Shown: positions 7,196 through 17,600 of the stretch, one piece after another
How the letters are laid out: every line of letters begins with the position of its first letter
How positions within the stretch are numbered: the first letter of the stretch is position 1
IMG/VR virus record: IMGVR_UViG_3300002835_000134
Location: 1 to 64,000 of that record
From: a virus
Reading direction: 5' to 3' (one strand)
DNA length: 64,000 bases
The notes under the pieces: model-generated
The model's database searches: none
What the model was told of the DNA's origin: nothing
Seen by the model: only the letters and a program-made list of their open reading frames with translations
Position numbers and translations under genes: made by a program

Positions 7196-7286
7196 CTAGC
7201 CAAAAAACCTCTCTACCCATAGCATCGGTAACCTGCATTGGTGCCGATTCTTTATTCTTTTCACATTCACAATTACAATTTGTCAT
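7176..7286 (-). CDS. small hypothetical protein (MTNCNCECEK...DAMGREVFW)
   Basis: Hand-translated; fills operon gap with ATGA overlap. Confidence 0.5.
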   Translation of the reverse strand: MTNCNCECEKNKESAPMQVTDAMGREVFWLDAGRPE

Positions 7287-7498
7287 TTTTTATTTACCGA
7301 ATCAACTGCTCTAACAATATTTTCATAAGTAGAGGTTCCAATATTTTTTTTATATTTACACTCAAGGCAGTACAGATATATTCTATCTTCTAAGTCTTGA
7401 TTTGAAAAGAGAATGGATTGGTCTACTGGGCATAAAAGCTTTTCAACCAATCCTTCCCCTGACATGGAGATGTAAGTTGATACATACTGTATCCTCAT
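7283..7498 (-). CDS. Zn-ribbon-like protein
   Basis: CPVD...CLEC. Confidence 0.65.
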   Translation of the reverse strand: MRIQYVSTYISMSGEGLVEKLLCPVDQSILFSNQDLEDRIYLYCLECKYKKNIGTSTYENIVRAVDSVNKK

Positions 7499-7508
7499 CC
7501 CATCTCCT

Positions 7509-8057
7509 TTACTTTGTCGGAAATTTTAAATAAAATTCCTTAGCTCTTGGGGTCATACCCTTCCAAGCTGACCAATCAATACCGCCATCGGTCATATAAT
7601 ACGTTATCTCTGCGTTTGTTACTGGGTCGAATAACTCCTTGTTACTCTGTAGATCAAATTTCTCAAGTCTTGCTGGACCTAAGTCTCCGATCATATTTAT
7701 TTGAAATAATCCGTAAGAACTATCTCCTGTATTCCTATTCCCGTTATATGCAAGCGGTCTTCCATTAGATTCACGCTTTGCTATGGACCAAGCTTGTTTA
7801 AGGCCTACTCCTTCGAATCCTACAGTCTCAAGTAATAGTTTTAACTCTTCGTCTGTAAGCATCTCAGATGGTTTGTAAATTTCTTTACTAAAGCTATCTA
7901 AGACTTCTTGCTTTAATTGGGCTTCAGTTTTCACTAAAGGTTCTACTACAGTTAAAGCGTTTGCCGAGTTACCAAACAAAAATAACATTGTTACTGCTAT
8001 TATTGTCCAGTCACGAACCAAATCGCTAAACTGTTGCTTTATATTCTCCATTGGCAT
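7509..8057 (-). CDS. lytic transglycosylase / lysozyme-like protein with N-terminal signal or TM segment
   Basis: AKRES catalytic Glu, SYGLFQIN, WSAW. Confidence 0.85.
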   Translation of the reverse strand: MPMENIKQQFSDLVRDWTIIAVTMLFLFGNSANALTVVEPLVKTEAQLKQEVLDSFSKEIYKPSEMLTDEELKLLLETVGFEGVGLKQAWSIAKRESNGRPLAYNGNRNTGDSSYGLFQINMIGDLGPARLEKFDLQSNKELFDPVTNAEITYYMTDGGIDWSAWKGMTPRAKEFYLKFPTK

Positions 8058-8233
8058 TTCCTCCTATAGAGATAACGAACTACAATCATAACATTAATAT
8101 ATAGACAATGTCAACCTAGTTAACTAAAATAGTTAAACATATTTAAGGCACTAGACCGCTAAATAAAAGTTTGATACACTAGGACTTCATCTAAAAATTA
8201 TACCGCAAGGCGGAGAAAAGGTCGTATAAAAAA

Positions 8234-10168
8234 ATGTCACAAACTATTGCAAATCCTTATGAGAACTTTATTGCTTTATCCAGATATGCAAAATGGGTAG
8301 AAGCGGAAGGTCGTAGAGAAACATGGGGAGAAACAGTAGATAGATATTTTTCTTTTATGACCAACCATTTAAAAGAAAACCATAATTATATTCCAAATGA
8401 GAAGCTTGTTGCGGAATTAAAAGAGTTTGTATTTGAAAGAAATGTAATGCCATCTATGAGATCAGTCATGACTTCTGGAGCCGCATTAGAAAGAGACAAC
8501 GTTGCTGGATACAACTGTGCATTTTTACCAGTTGATTCTCCAAGATCGTTTGACGAAACAATGTATGTTCTTATGTGTGGAACAGGTGTTGGATTCTCAG
8601 TAGAATACAAGTACATTAATAAGCTTCCTGCCGTTCCAGAAAAACTAGAAAAATCAGATACTGTTATTGTGGTAGAAGATTCAAAACAGGGCTGGGCAAA
8701 AGCATACAGAGAACTTTTAGCACTGCTTTGGACTGGACATATTCCAGCAATTGATGTTTCAAAGGTCCGTCCAGCAGGAGCAAGACTTAAAACTATGGGC
8801 GGAAGATCATCTGGCCCACAGCCATTGGTAAACCTTTTTGACTTTACGATTGCAAAGTTTAAGAATGCAACAGGAAGAAATTTAAAGCCAATTGAATGTC
8901 ATGACATTATGTGTAAGATTGGTGAAGTTGTTGTTGTAGGTGGAGTTCGTCGCTCTGCAATGATTTCTCTTTCTAATATTAACGATATTGAGATGGCTCA
9001 AGCAAAGTCAGGAAATTGGTGGGAGCAAAGCCCACAACGTGCATTATCAAACAACTCTGTTGCATATTCACGCAAGCCAGAGATGGAGCAATTTATTGCA
9101 GAATGGAAATCTCTTTATGACTCAAAGTCGGGAGAACGAGGTATATACAACGTGGCCGCAGCTCAAGCCCAAGCAGCCAAATTTGGAAGAAGAGATCCAG
9201 ATATACACTACGGAACTAACCCATGCTCAGAAATTATTTTACGTCCTTACCAGTTTTGTAACCTTTCAGAAGTCGTATTACGTGAAAATGATACAAAGAA
9301 AGATATTCAGCGCAAAGTTGAGCTTGCAACAATTCTTGGAACGTGGCAATCAACACTGACAGACTTTAAGTATCTTCGCAAGATTTGGAAAGACAATACT
9401 GAAGAAGAAAGACTTCTTGGAGTTTCTCTTACTGGACAGTTCGGTCATAAGTTCATGTCTGGCAAAGAAGATTTAATTGCTCTTGAAGCATTTCTTATGA
9501 CTTTACGTGAGAAGGCAAGAGAAGTAAATAGAGAAGAGTCTGGCAAGATTGGAATTCCTGAATCTGCAGCAATTACTTGCGTTAAGCCTTCAGGAACAGT
9601 GTCTCAATTGGTCGGTGTATCTTCAGGAATGCATCCATGGCATTCACCACATTATATTCGCACAGTTCGTGGCTCAAAGGGAGATCCCATTTCTACATTT
9701 TTGAAGGAAGTTGGAATCCCTGTAGAAGATGACGTAATGAAGCCAAACGATACATACGTGTTTTCGTTTCCAGTAAAAGCACCAGAAGGTGCAATTGTTA
9801 GAAATGATTTAACTGCAATTGATCACTTAAACATTTGGCTTGTTTATCAGCGAGCTTGGTGTGAGCATAAGCCTTCTATTACTGTTTCCGTAAAAGAAGA
9901 TGAATGGATGGAAGTTGGAGCCTGGGTTTATAAAAACTTTGACGAAGTTTCTGGAATCTCTTTCCTTCCTCATTCAGAGCACACTTACAAGCAAGCTCCA
10001 TACCAAGAAGTTGAAAAAGCAGAATACGATGCTCTTGTTGCAAAAATGCCAACTAGCATTAGATGGGAAGACCTATCATTTTATGAGACAGAAGATGGCA
10101 CATCTACAAATGCCACGCTTGCTTGCAGTTCAGACGGAAACTGTGAACTTGTGGATATCTCGGCATAG
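8234..10168 (+). CDS. nrdJ: class II (B12-dependent) ribonucleotide reductase
   Basis: YNCAF, GTGVGF, TNPCSEI, TCVKPSGT, C-terminal CSSDGNC. Confidence 0.95.
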   Translation: MSQTIANPYENFIALSRYAKWVEAEGRRETWGETVDRYFSFMTNHLKENHNYIPNEKLVAELKEFVFERNVMPSMRSVMTSGAALERDNVAGYNCAFLPVDSPRSFDETMYVLMCGTGVGFSVEYKYINKLPAVPEKLEKSDTVIVVEDSKQGWAKAYRELLALLWTGHIPAIDVSKVRPAGARLKTMGGRSSGPQPLVNLFDFTIAKFKNATGRNLKPIECHDIMCKIGEVVVVGGVRRSAMISLSNINDIEMAQAKSGNWWEQSPQRALSNNSVAYSRKPEMEQFIAEWKSLYDSKSGERGIYNVAAAQAQAAKFGRRDPDIHYGTNPCSEIILRPYQFCNLSEVVLRENDTKKDIQRKVELATILGTWQSTLTDFKYLRKIWKDNTEEERLLGVSLTGQFGHKFMSGKEDLIALEAFLMTLREKAREVNREESGKIGIPESAAITCVKPSGTVSQLVGVSSGMHPWHSPHYIRTVRGSKGDPISTFLKEVGIPVEDDVMKPNDTYVFSFPVKAPEGAIVRNDLTAIDHLNIWLVYQRAWCEHKPSITVSVKEDEWMEVGAWVYKNFDEVSGISFLPHSEHTYKQAPYQEVEKAEYDALVAKMPTSIRWEDLSFYETEDGTSTNATLACSSDGNCELVDISA

Positions 10169-10234
10169 TGGTAGAATTATAGTATTGGGTAAAACCAAAA
10201 TTCATGGGCACCCCGCCCACGAGGAGATGATAAT

Positions 10235-10474
10235 ATGGCTAAATTTGCAAAAGCAGATTTAAACAAAGATGGAAAGGTAACAATGCAAGAACAGATTCTA
10301 GCAGCGTTAGCAAGCTACGGAAGAGCATTTCTTTCAGCAGCGCTAGCCTTATACATGACAGGCAATACAAATCCTAGAGATTTACTACTTGGCGGCATCG
10401 CAGCTGTTGCACCAGTAATCCTGAAGGCACTTAACCCAAATGACAAGAATTTTGGGTTCGTTAATAAAGCTTAA
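10235..10474 (+). CDS. putative holin with N-terminal EF-hand loop
   Basis: Two hydrophobic segments, LKALNPNDxxFG tail typical of small actinophage holins; DLNKDGKVTMQE. Confidence 0.7.
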   Translation: MAKFAKADLNKDGKVTMQEQILAALASYGRAFLSAALALYMTGNTNPRDLLLGGIAAVAPVILKALNPNDKNFGFVNKA

Positions 10475-10489
10475 TAAATAGTCGATTAA

Positions 10490-10525
10490 GAATACTCCTG
10501 TGCTAAAATTAGTACAGGAGTATTC
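10490..10525. terminator. 16-bp inverted repeat (terminator and/or promoter hairpin)
   Basis: GAATACTCCTGTGCTA-AAAT-TAGTACAGGAGTATTC. Confidence 0.6.
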
Positions 10526-10546
10526 CTATTTAGGAGACTATGGCAA

Positions 10547-10894
10547 ATGGCAGGACAAAAGAACTTTGAAGTAGATCAAAATGCAACATTTAGCTTTATA
10601 CTAGAATATAAAGACGATAATGGAAATGCAATTGATCTTACAGGCGCATCCGCAAAGATGCAGGTTCGTGATACAAAGGGTGGAGCAAAATTAGCTGTTA
10701 CCTTAACATCACCTTCTGGTGGAATAGTAATTGACCAATTAAACGGAAAGTTAACTATCAAAATGACACCTACACAAACAAACAAACTCTTTTATCCTAA
10801 ATCATCTTATGATTTAATGGTTGTCGATTCTAATGGGAACAAAATAAAACTCCTTGAGGGCTTTATGACGCTCAATAGATCGGTAACCATATAA
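10547..10894 (+). CDS. virion structural protein (BppU/Ig-like fibre-associated)
   Basis: DQNATF..IDLTGASAKMQVR..YDL pattern seen in phage structural proteins. Confidence 0.65.
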   Translation: MAGQKNFEVDQNATFSFILEYKDDNGNAIDLTGASAKMQVRDTKGGAKLAVTLTSPSGGIVIDQLNGKLTIKMTPTQTNKLFYPKSSYDLMVVDSNGNKIKLLEGFMTLNRSVTI

Positions 10895-11334
10895 TGACAG
10901 AATCAATAGTCGTAACCGAAGTAATCAATGATGTAATAATCTCATCCCCAGGACCTCAAGGCCCTAGGGGTAAAACCATTTTAAGTGGCACGGGTGCACC
11001 ATCAAATAACCTAGGGCTAGAAGGAGACTTCTACTATGATTCAGTTTTATCTAAATTTTATGGACCAAAGCTATCAGACCTAACTTGGCAAAATGCCAAG
11101 GTCATAACTCTTACAGCAAACACTCTATCGTACTCATGGGAATTGGCACAGCTAACTGGTCCAGTTGCTGGAATATATTCTTTATCAATAGAGCATAACT
11201 TGGGTTATCACCCAAACGTAACAATCAAATCAAGCGCAGGGGATATACTTGAAACAGGTATAGACTATAACAATATAAACAAAATTACACTGACTATGGC
11301 ACAGCCATTTTCAGGGACAGCATATCTGTCATAA
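10894..11334 (+). CDS. fibre-associated protein with short collagen-like triplets
   Basis: PGPQGPRG, HNLGYHPNV. Confidence 0.6.
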   Translation: MTESIVVTEVINDVIISSPGPQGPRGKTILSGTGAPSNNLGLEGDFYYDSVLSKFYGPKLSDLTWQNAKVITLTANTLSYSWELAQLTGPVAGIYSLSIEHNLGYHPNVTIKSSAGDILETGIDYNNINKITLTMAQPFSGTAYLS

Positions 11335-11346
11335 GGGGGAAAGACA

Positions 11347-12318
11347 ATGTCAAAAAAGTTTTTAGTTAGTATTGACCTCAATAAAAATGAGTTACTCAAT
11401 GCTAGAATTCAAAATTTAGGATCAGCACCAAGCAGCCCAGTATCAGGTCAGGTTTACTACAATACTGGCGATAATATCATGTACTTCTGGAATGGAACAG
11501 AGTGGATTTCTACTTCTGGCTCATTAGAAGTTATTCAAGATGCAATTGGAGCATACGTAGAGGGCGGAGTAGGTCTTACAAGATCTTACAACGACACCAC
11601 TGGTGTAACAACAATAGATTTAGATAACACAGCAGTCACAGCTGGAACATATGGTTCAATTACCAAGGTTCCAACATTTACCGTTGATCAGCAAGGACGA
11701 CTAACTGGAGCTAGCGAAGCTAATCTAGTTATTCCTCTAGATACACAAACAACAGGGGACTATGTAGCAACAATTGTTGGAACAGCCAACGAAGTTACAG
11801 TATCTCCAAATAGTGGTCATAATGCTGCAGTAACTATAGGTCTTCCAGATAACGTAGAGATTACTGGTAACTTACAAGTTGGCGGAAACTTAAATGTTAT
11901 TGGAACAGTTAACTCTGTAAATACTACACAGATTAACATTGAAGATAACAAGGTAAAGCTTAATAGCAATTTCACAGGAACTCCAACAACAGATGCAGGA
12001 ATTGTTGTAGAGCGTGGAACACAGACAGATGTTGAAATTCTATGGAATGAAACTTCAGATAAGTGGACATTAACAAATAATGGCACAAACTATCACGCAA
12101 TTGCAAGAAAGTATGCAGAAGTTCTTTCAGCTGCATCCACAACCCACCCAGTACTTCACAGGTTGGGCACAACAGAAGTAACAGTTCAGATATTTGAAGC
12201 ATCATCTCCATTTGCACAAATTGAAGCAGATGTAAAAATAACAGACGAAAATTCTGTAACTATTGATTTTGCCGTTGCTCCTACAGCAGGGCAATACAAG
12301 GTAGTAGTAGTAGGATAA
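11347..12318 (+). CDS. tail-fibre-like structural protein
   Basis: VTAGTYG..TVDQQGRLT repeat, AGIVVERG. Confidence 0.65.
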   Translation: MSKKFLVSIDLNKNELLNARIQNLGSAPSSPVSGQVYYNTGDNIMYFWNGTEWISTSGSLEVIQDAIGAYVEGGVGLTRSYNDTTGVTTIDLDNTAVTAGTYGSITKVPTFTVDQQGRLTGASEANLVIPLDTQTTGDYVATIVGTANEVTVSPNSGHNAAVTIGLPDNVEITGNLQVGGNLNVIGTVNSVNTTQINIEDNKVKLNSNFTGTPTTDAGIVVERGTQTDVEILWNETSDKWTLTNNGTNYHAIARKYAEVLSAASTTHPVLHRLGTTEVTVQIFEASSPFAQIEADVKITDENSVTIDFAVAPTAGQYKVVVVG

Positions 12319-12321
12319 TAA

Positions 12322-12783
12322 ATGTCACGTCAAATGAAGGTTGCATTAAACCTGTTAACAATACAGGATGATCCAGCCAATGCTCGTGAGGGTGACGTTT
12401 ACTATAATGTCATTACAAAAAACTTACGTATATTTAATGGTACAGTCTGGATAGAGCTTACACCCCCAAGCGATGACCCAACTCCATTTTATGAGCATAC
12501 ACATACATATGACGGAAAACTACATACAGTAGATGTTAGAAACCCAATAAGGTTTCAAGATTTTAATGAAAATGCAGGGCCTGCAGAATCTTTACCAATA
12601 GTTGCAGGTATAATAGGAGGAGGGCCAGAGGACGATTTGATAAATCCAAATTATACTCAATTAACTTTGTTTAGTGGTGGCGCTCCAGATTCAATACCAG
12701 AACCAGAAGAAGACTACACACTGTTAGAAGGAGGAGCTTCACAAGAACAAGACTCAACAGTTATTGATTTTGGAGGAGCATAA
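12322..12783 (+). CDS. fibre-associated protein
   Basis: GDVYYN..LRIFNG..W motif; context. Confidence 0.55.
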   Translation: MSRQMKVALNLLTIQDDPANAREGDVYYNVITKNLRIFNGTVWIELTPPSDDPTPFYEHTHTYDGKLHTVDVRNPIRFQDFNENAGPAESLPIVAGIIGGGPEDDLINPNYTQLTLFSGGAPDSIPEPEEDYTLLEGGASQEQDSTVIDFGGA

Positions 12784-12786
12784 ATA

Positions 12787-14616
12787 ATGTCAACAAAAAT
12801 TCTATTTAGAAGAGATACATCTATAAACTGGACAACAGTAAACCCAGTTTTACTTTCAGGTGAAATCGGTATTGAAACCGATACATATAAATTTAAAATA
12901 GGTAATGGTTCTAGATGGAACCAGCAATCATTTTATGCATTTAAAGTAGGCGCAGCTAATGGTGTTGCAACGCTTGGCGCAACTGGAAAAGTTCCAATTT
13001 CTCAATTGCCAGATTATGAGTCAGTTAATACTGAAGTACAGGCAGTAGTTGATGCAAAGTTTAGCACTCAATCAACAAGCAATTTATCAGAAGGATCTAA
13101 CTTATACTTTACAAATGCAAGAGCGCTTGCTGCTAATGCATCAGCAATTTCTAATGCTGCCACCGCTGAATCGGTAGCAAGAAGCTCAGCAATTGCAGCA
13201 GCCAAAGCAGAAGCAATTGCAGCAGCAGAAACTTCATCGACATCAGCAATTGCAGCAGCTAGAGCAGGAATTTTAACAGAAGCTTATTCAGATGCTACAA
13301 ACATAGCAGGATCACTTGTTACACAGGAAGCAGCAGCAAGATCTTTAGAAATAACTGCAGCAATAGACGAAGAGGTGTCAGATAGAAATAGTGCAATAAA
13401 TACTGCAATTTCTAATGAAATTATTAACAGAAATATTGCAATAAATTCTACGACTACAACTCAAATTGCAGAAGGAACTAATTTATACTTTACAGACGCC
13501 AGAGCAAAAGCAGCTGTTGCATCAGATATTGCTACAGCCACAGCAAGCGTTTCCCTGACAGGGAAAACAACAAATCACCTTGCAGAAGGCACATTAAATA
13601 AATACTTTACAGATGCCAGAGCTTTATCTGCAACAAACTCAAAGTTTACACAAGCAACAATTTACACAAATACGGTAGCAGAAGAATTAAGAGCAGAAAT
13701 TGCAGCAGCCTATGTAACAAATCCATCGTTATCTAACCAGCTAGGAGCATATGTTTCTGAAGGAGATAAAGATCAGCCAGGAGGATACGCTGGCTTAAAC
13801 AATTCTTCTCAAATTTTAGAGTCAGTTATTCCATCAACAATTGCAAGAACGACAGACATTACAACAGCAATTGCAAATGTTGTTAATTTAGCCCCAGACT
13901 CACTAAATACTTTAGGTGAGCTTGCAACTGCTTTTCAGGCAGATCAAAGCGGTCTTGCAGCATTAGTAACTACAGTAGGAACAAAATTAGACTCATCCGT
14001 AGCTGCTACAACATATGCACCAAAAGCAAATCCAACCTTTACAGGAACAGTCGCTGGAATTACAAAGACTCACGTAGGCCTAGGAGATGTTGATAACACA
14101 TCAGATATAAATAAGCCAATTTCAACGGCAGTAAATACCGCTCTAGATCTCAAGGCTCCATTAAATAGCCCTGTATTTACTGGGGCTATAGATTTTACTG
14201 GAGTGGATGTAACTGGATTAACAGCAATTGCAGGACTTCCAGATCAGACATCACATTCTAATAAATTTTTAATGACTAATGGCTCTAGCCCTAGCTGGGA
14301 AACTTTAGACGTTTCTGCTTTAGCACCACTAGCAAACCCAACATTCACAGGAACAGTTTCATTTACAAATGCCACTGTTAACTTTAGTGATTCTTCAATA
14401 CCAAGCGCAGCATTAGAAGGCGTAATCCCAAATACTAAATTAGAAAAATCTTCTATCGGTATTAACGGAAACGTGGTTTATCTAGGAGACGTAGTAACAC
14501 TTGGAGGATATTCAAATGCCGCCAGCCCTAATGCACAAAACAAAATATTGTATGGAACTTCTGTTGATGCGCCAGCTGGCACATACGTAGCAGGAGACAT
14601 TTACATTCAATACTAA
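12787..14616 (+). CDS. tail fibre with Mtd-N-like N-terminus
   Basis: RRDT..W..NPVL..GEIGIETDT; LNTLGELA; VGLGDVDNTSD. Confidence 0.75.
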   Translation: MSTKILFRRDTSINWTTVNPVLLSGEIGIETDTYKFKIGNGSRWNQQSFYAFKVGAANGVATLGATGKVPISQLPDYESVNTEVQAVVDAKFSTQSTSNLSEGSNLYFTNARALAANASAISNAATAESVARSSAIAAAKAEAIAAAETSSTSAIAAARAGILTEAYSDATNIAGSLVTQEAAARSLEITAAIDEEVSDRNSAINTAISNEIINRNIAINSTTTTQIAEGTNLYFTDARAKAAVASDIATATASVSLTGKTTNHLAEGTLNKYFTDARALSATNSKFTQATIYTNTVAEELRAEIAAAYVTNPSLSNQLGAYVSEGDKDQPGGYAGLNNSSQILESVIPSTIARTTDITTAIANVVNLAPDSLNTLGELATAFQADQSGLAALVTTVGTKLDSSVAATTYAPKANPTFTGTVAGITKTHVGLGDVDNTSDINKPISTAVNTALDLKAPLNSPVFTGAIDFTGVDVTGLTAIAGLPDQTSHSNKFLMTNGSSPSWETLDVSALAPLANPTFTGTVSFTNATVNFSDSSIPSAALEGVIPNTKLEKSSIGINGNVVYLGDVVTLGGYSNAASPNAQNKILYGTSVDAPAGTYVAGDIYIQY

Positions 14617-14630
14617 GAACGGAGAAATAA

Positions 14631-17600
14631 TTGCCATTTAAAATTTTTGACGGGTCCTCTTGGTTGCCGTCCAAAAAAATTAAAGTCGTAACGGGTGCAG
14701 GCCCACAAGACTATAAGAAGGCATTTATTTTTAACGGAACATCATGGGTAGAAATATTAGAAAAGCCAAAAAAGCTAACAGATCCAACTTTATCATATTC
14801 AAGAACAGATGAGTTTAAAGGAGTTGGACAAACAGTAACCTCTACAAATGGAACTTGGGAAGGTAGTCCAACATCTTACAAGTACCAGTGGGAAAAGGGA
14901 ATATATGCTGGGGCAGAGATCAACTGGTCAGAAATTACTGGGGCAACACAAAATAGTTTCCTATTAACTGGAGATCTAGTTGGATATAAAATTAGATGCG
15001 CTATTATTGCTACAAATAATGCAGGTGACAGCGAAAAAGCTTATGGGACATCTGCATTCATCATGTTGCCTGAATTCATTCAAACAATAACTGCATTTGT
15101 GCAGCAAGATAGTGTCGGATATATAAACGGAAAAATTAGAGTATTTTGGGATATATCTGAAGGCGCAGACGGATATGAAATAATTTATCAAGGTCCAGGA
15201 ATTCCAAATACTGTAGTAAGAATTACAGGACAAGGAAACAACCTTTGGGACTTTGATTTCGGAGCTAATAATTTAGACGATCTTATTGGATTAACGACTG
15301 TTGGGATATCTATAGCTCCATATAACAACACATCTTCTGCCGCTGCGGCATACAGAGCGGCAATTGGAAGCAATGAAACTGAAACCTTAAAGCTTTACCA
15401 AAACGCAAGCATTAATAATTTAAATCCCTTATTGCCATCATTAACTGCAACTGTTTATCAAAATCCTGGAGGAGTAGATGATCAGGCTGGAATTATTGAT
15501 TGGTCTTTGATTAATATAACACAGACGAGATATGAAATTTACTCAGAGTGGCCAGACGGAAGTCCGTTTGGTCCATTTGCTATGGCAACTAGAGATGCCA
15601 CATCAAGCTTTATAACAAATTATACACCAGGCTCAACGTCTGGACCATGGAAAGTTCGTGTATATGGAACATCACGAGGATATCGTGGAACACCTACAGT
15701 TGTAGACTTCTTTAATCCAACACAAGAATATTATTGGGAATCAGATTCAGGCTCATTCGTATCTTCTTCTGTAAAACCAGTTTCTAGCACTCCACCAACA
15801 CTAACCCCTACTGGGGATGTAGGTTCTGGAATAACTATAACTGCAAATCAAGGAGAATGGACAAACACTCCAACCTCTTACAATATAAATATTATGAAGC
15901 TTAGCCCACTAACAATTGTAGCAAGCGGTACAACAAGTGCTACTTATACAACAACCCAGCAAGACCTTACAGACCAGGCAGAGTTTAAGGCATATGCTAC
16001 TGCAACAAATAGTGCTGGTACAAGCTTAACAGCAGAGTCTACAACTACAACAAGATGCTTTACCGCAAGCACAATTCCAAGTGGAGGAGTAGCTAATATA
16101 TTTGGTAGCGGACAAGTAGGCACTACAATTTCAATGAGCACTACTGGATGGTCTACTGGTAGCGGTCTACCACTTGGTTACAATACAACTTTACAAAAAA
16201 TGGACGGCCAGGCAAATTATGTTGATATGGGAGTTACTTCTTATGTAGTAACAGCAGCAGATTTATCCAACTACATATCTAAAGGAGGAGGATCTTTTCC
16301 TCAAATGTTTAGAGCTAAAGCAAGTGCATATAACTCTGCAGGAACATCAGATCCAGTTTATTCTAGCTCCATTACTGCAAGTGCTTCAACCTTTATTGTT
16401 CCTAATTTTGTTGGAGGTTCAGTTCCTTCAAGCACCAGCCAATATACAATTTCTAATGGCGGACAAGGAAACTTTACATCTAACCTTTCTTCAGTTGGAT
16501 TAGTATCATCACAGTCCCCAGCTGCTGGTACAACAGCAAATGTTGGATCAACAATTACTGTGTATACATACGCATACCAGGCAGCTGGAGTTGCTCCATC
16601 AGGAGGACAGGCATCGATATCTGGAACTGGAGTTGTTGGAACAACTATAACAGCTGGAATTTTAACAGCAGCTACAGGAACTCCAACACCAACTTCATCA
16701 ATTCAACTTCAAGCAAGTGATTCAAACTTAAACTTTGTAGACACAGGAAGCACAAGTGTAACAGTAACACAGGCAGACGTAGAAGTATATATTAGCAAGG
16801 GTGGAGTATCAGCTCCAAGACAATGGAGAGCAAAGCTTGTTTCGACAAATGCTAGTGGTACAGAAACAGTCTACACTGGTTCTATTTCTGCTTCTGCTGC
16901 AGTTATATCACCTACTTTCCCAACCTTCCCAACCTTCCCAACTTTCCCAACCTTCCCAACATTTAAGGCGCCATCTTTCCCAACGTTCCCAACTTTCCCA
17001 ACCTTCCCAACTTTCCCAACGTTCCCAACTTTCCCAACGTTCCCAACGTTCCCAACATTTAAGGCGCCATCTTTCCCAACGTTCCCAACATTCCCAACGT
17101 TCCCAACGTTCCCAACGTTCCCAACGTTCCCTTACTTCCCTGCATTTAAGGCGCCATCTTTCCCTACTTTCCCTACCTTCCCTACCTTCCCAACGTTCCC
17201 AACATTCCCAACCTTCCCAACCTTCCCTGAATTTAAAGCAAGTAAATCTTGTTTAGAAGCAAATACCAGGTTGCTAACATTAAATAATGGTTATGTTGCA
17301 GCAAAAGATATATCAATTGGAGATAAACTAGTTTCTATTTCAGCAGCAGACTTCGGCAATCAATCAATGAAGTTCTTTAATGTCAATAAAGATGTAAATC
17401 TTGTAGGCGTTGAAGTTATTAAATCTGAAATGTCAACAAAGGATGTTCTTTCATTCAACGGAACAGAAAAGTATTTCTCTTACGGACAGCCAATATTTAT
17501 TAAGCAAGACGGACTTGCAACATGGGTAGAAGCGGGATCGGTAAAAATTGGAGATACTCTATTAACAATAGACGGCTCTACAATAAATGAAGTTTTGGTT

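Noticed and set aside
8180-8233. Cobalamin riboswitch upstream of nrdJ
   Set aside because: Leader is only ~45 nt with no B12 box; just a small CC(GCAA)GG hairpin.
16801-17256. SQPSQL-repeat ORF
   Set aside because: Shadow frame of the (PTF)n repeat.
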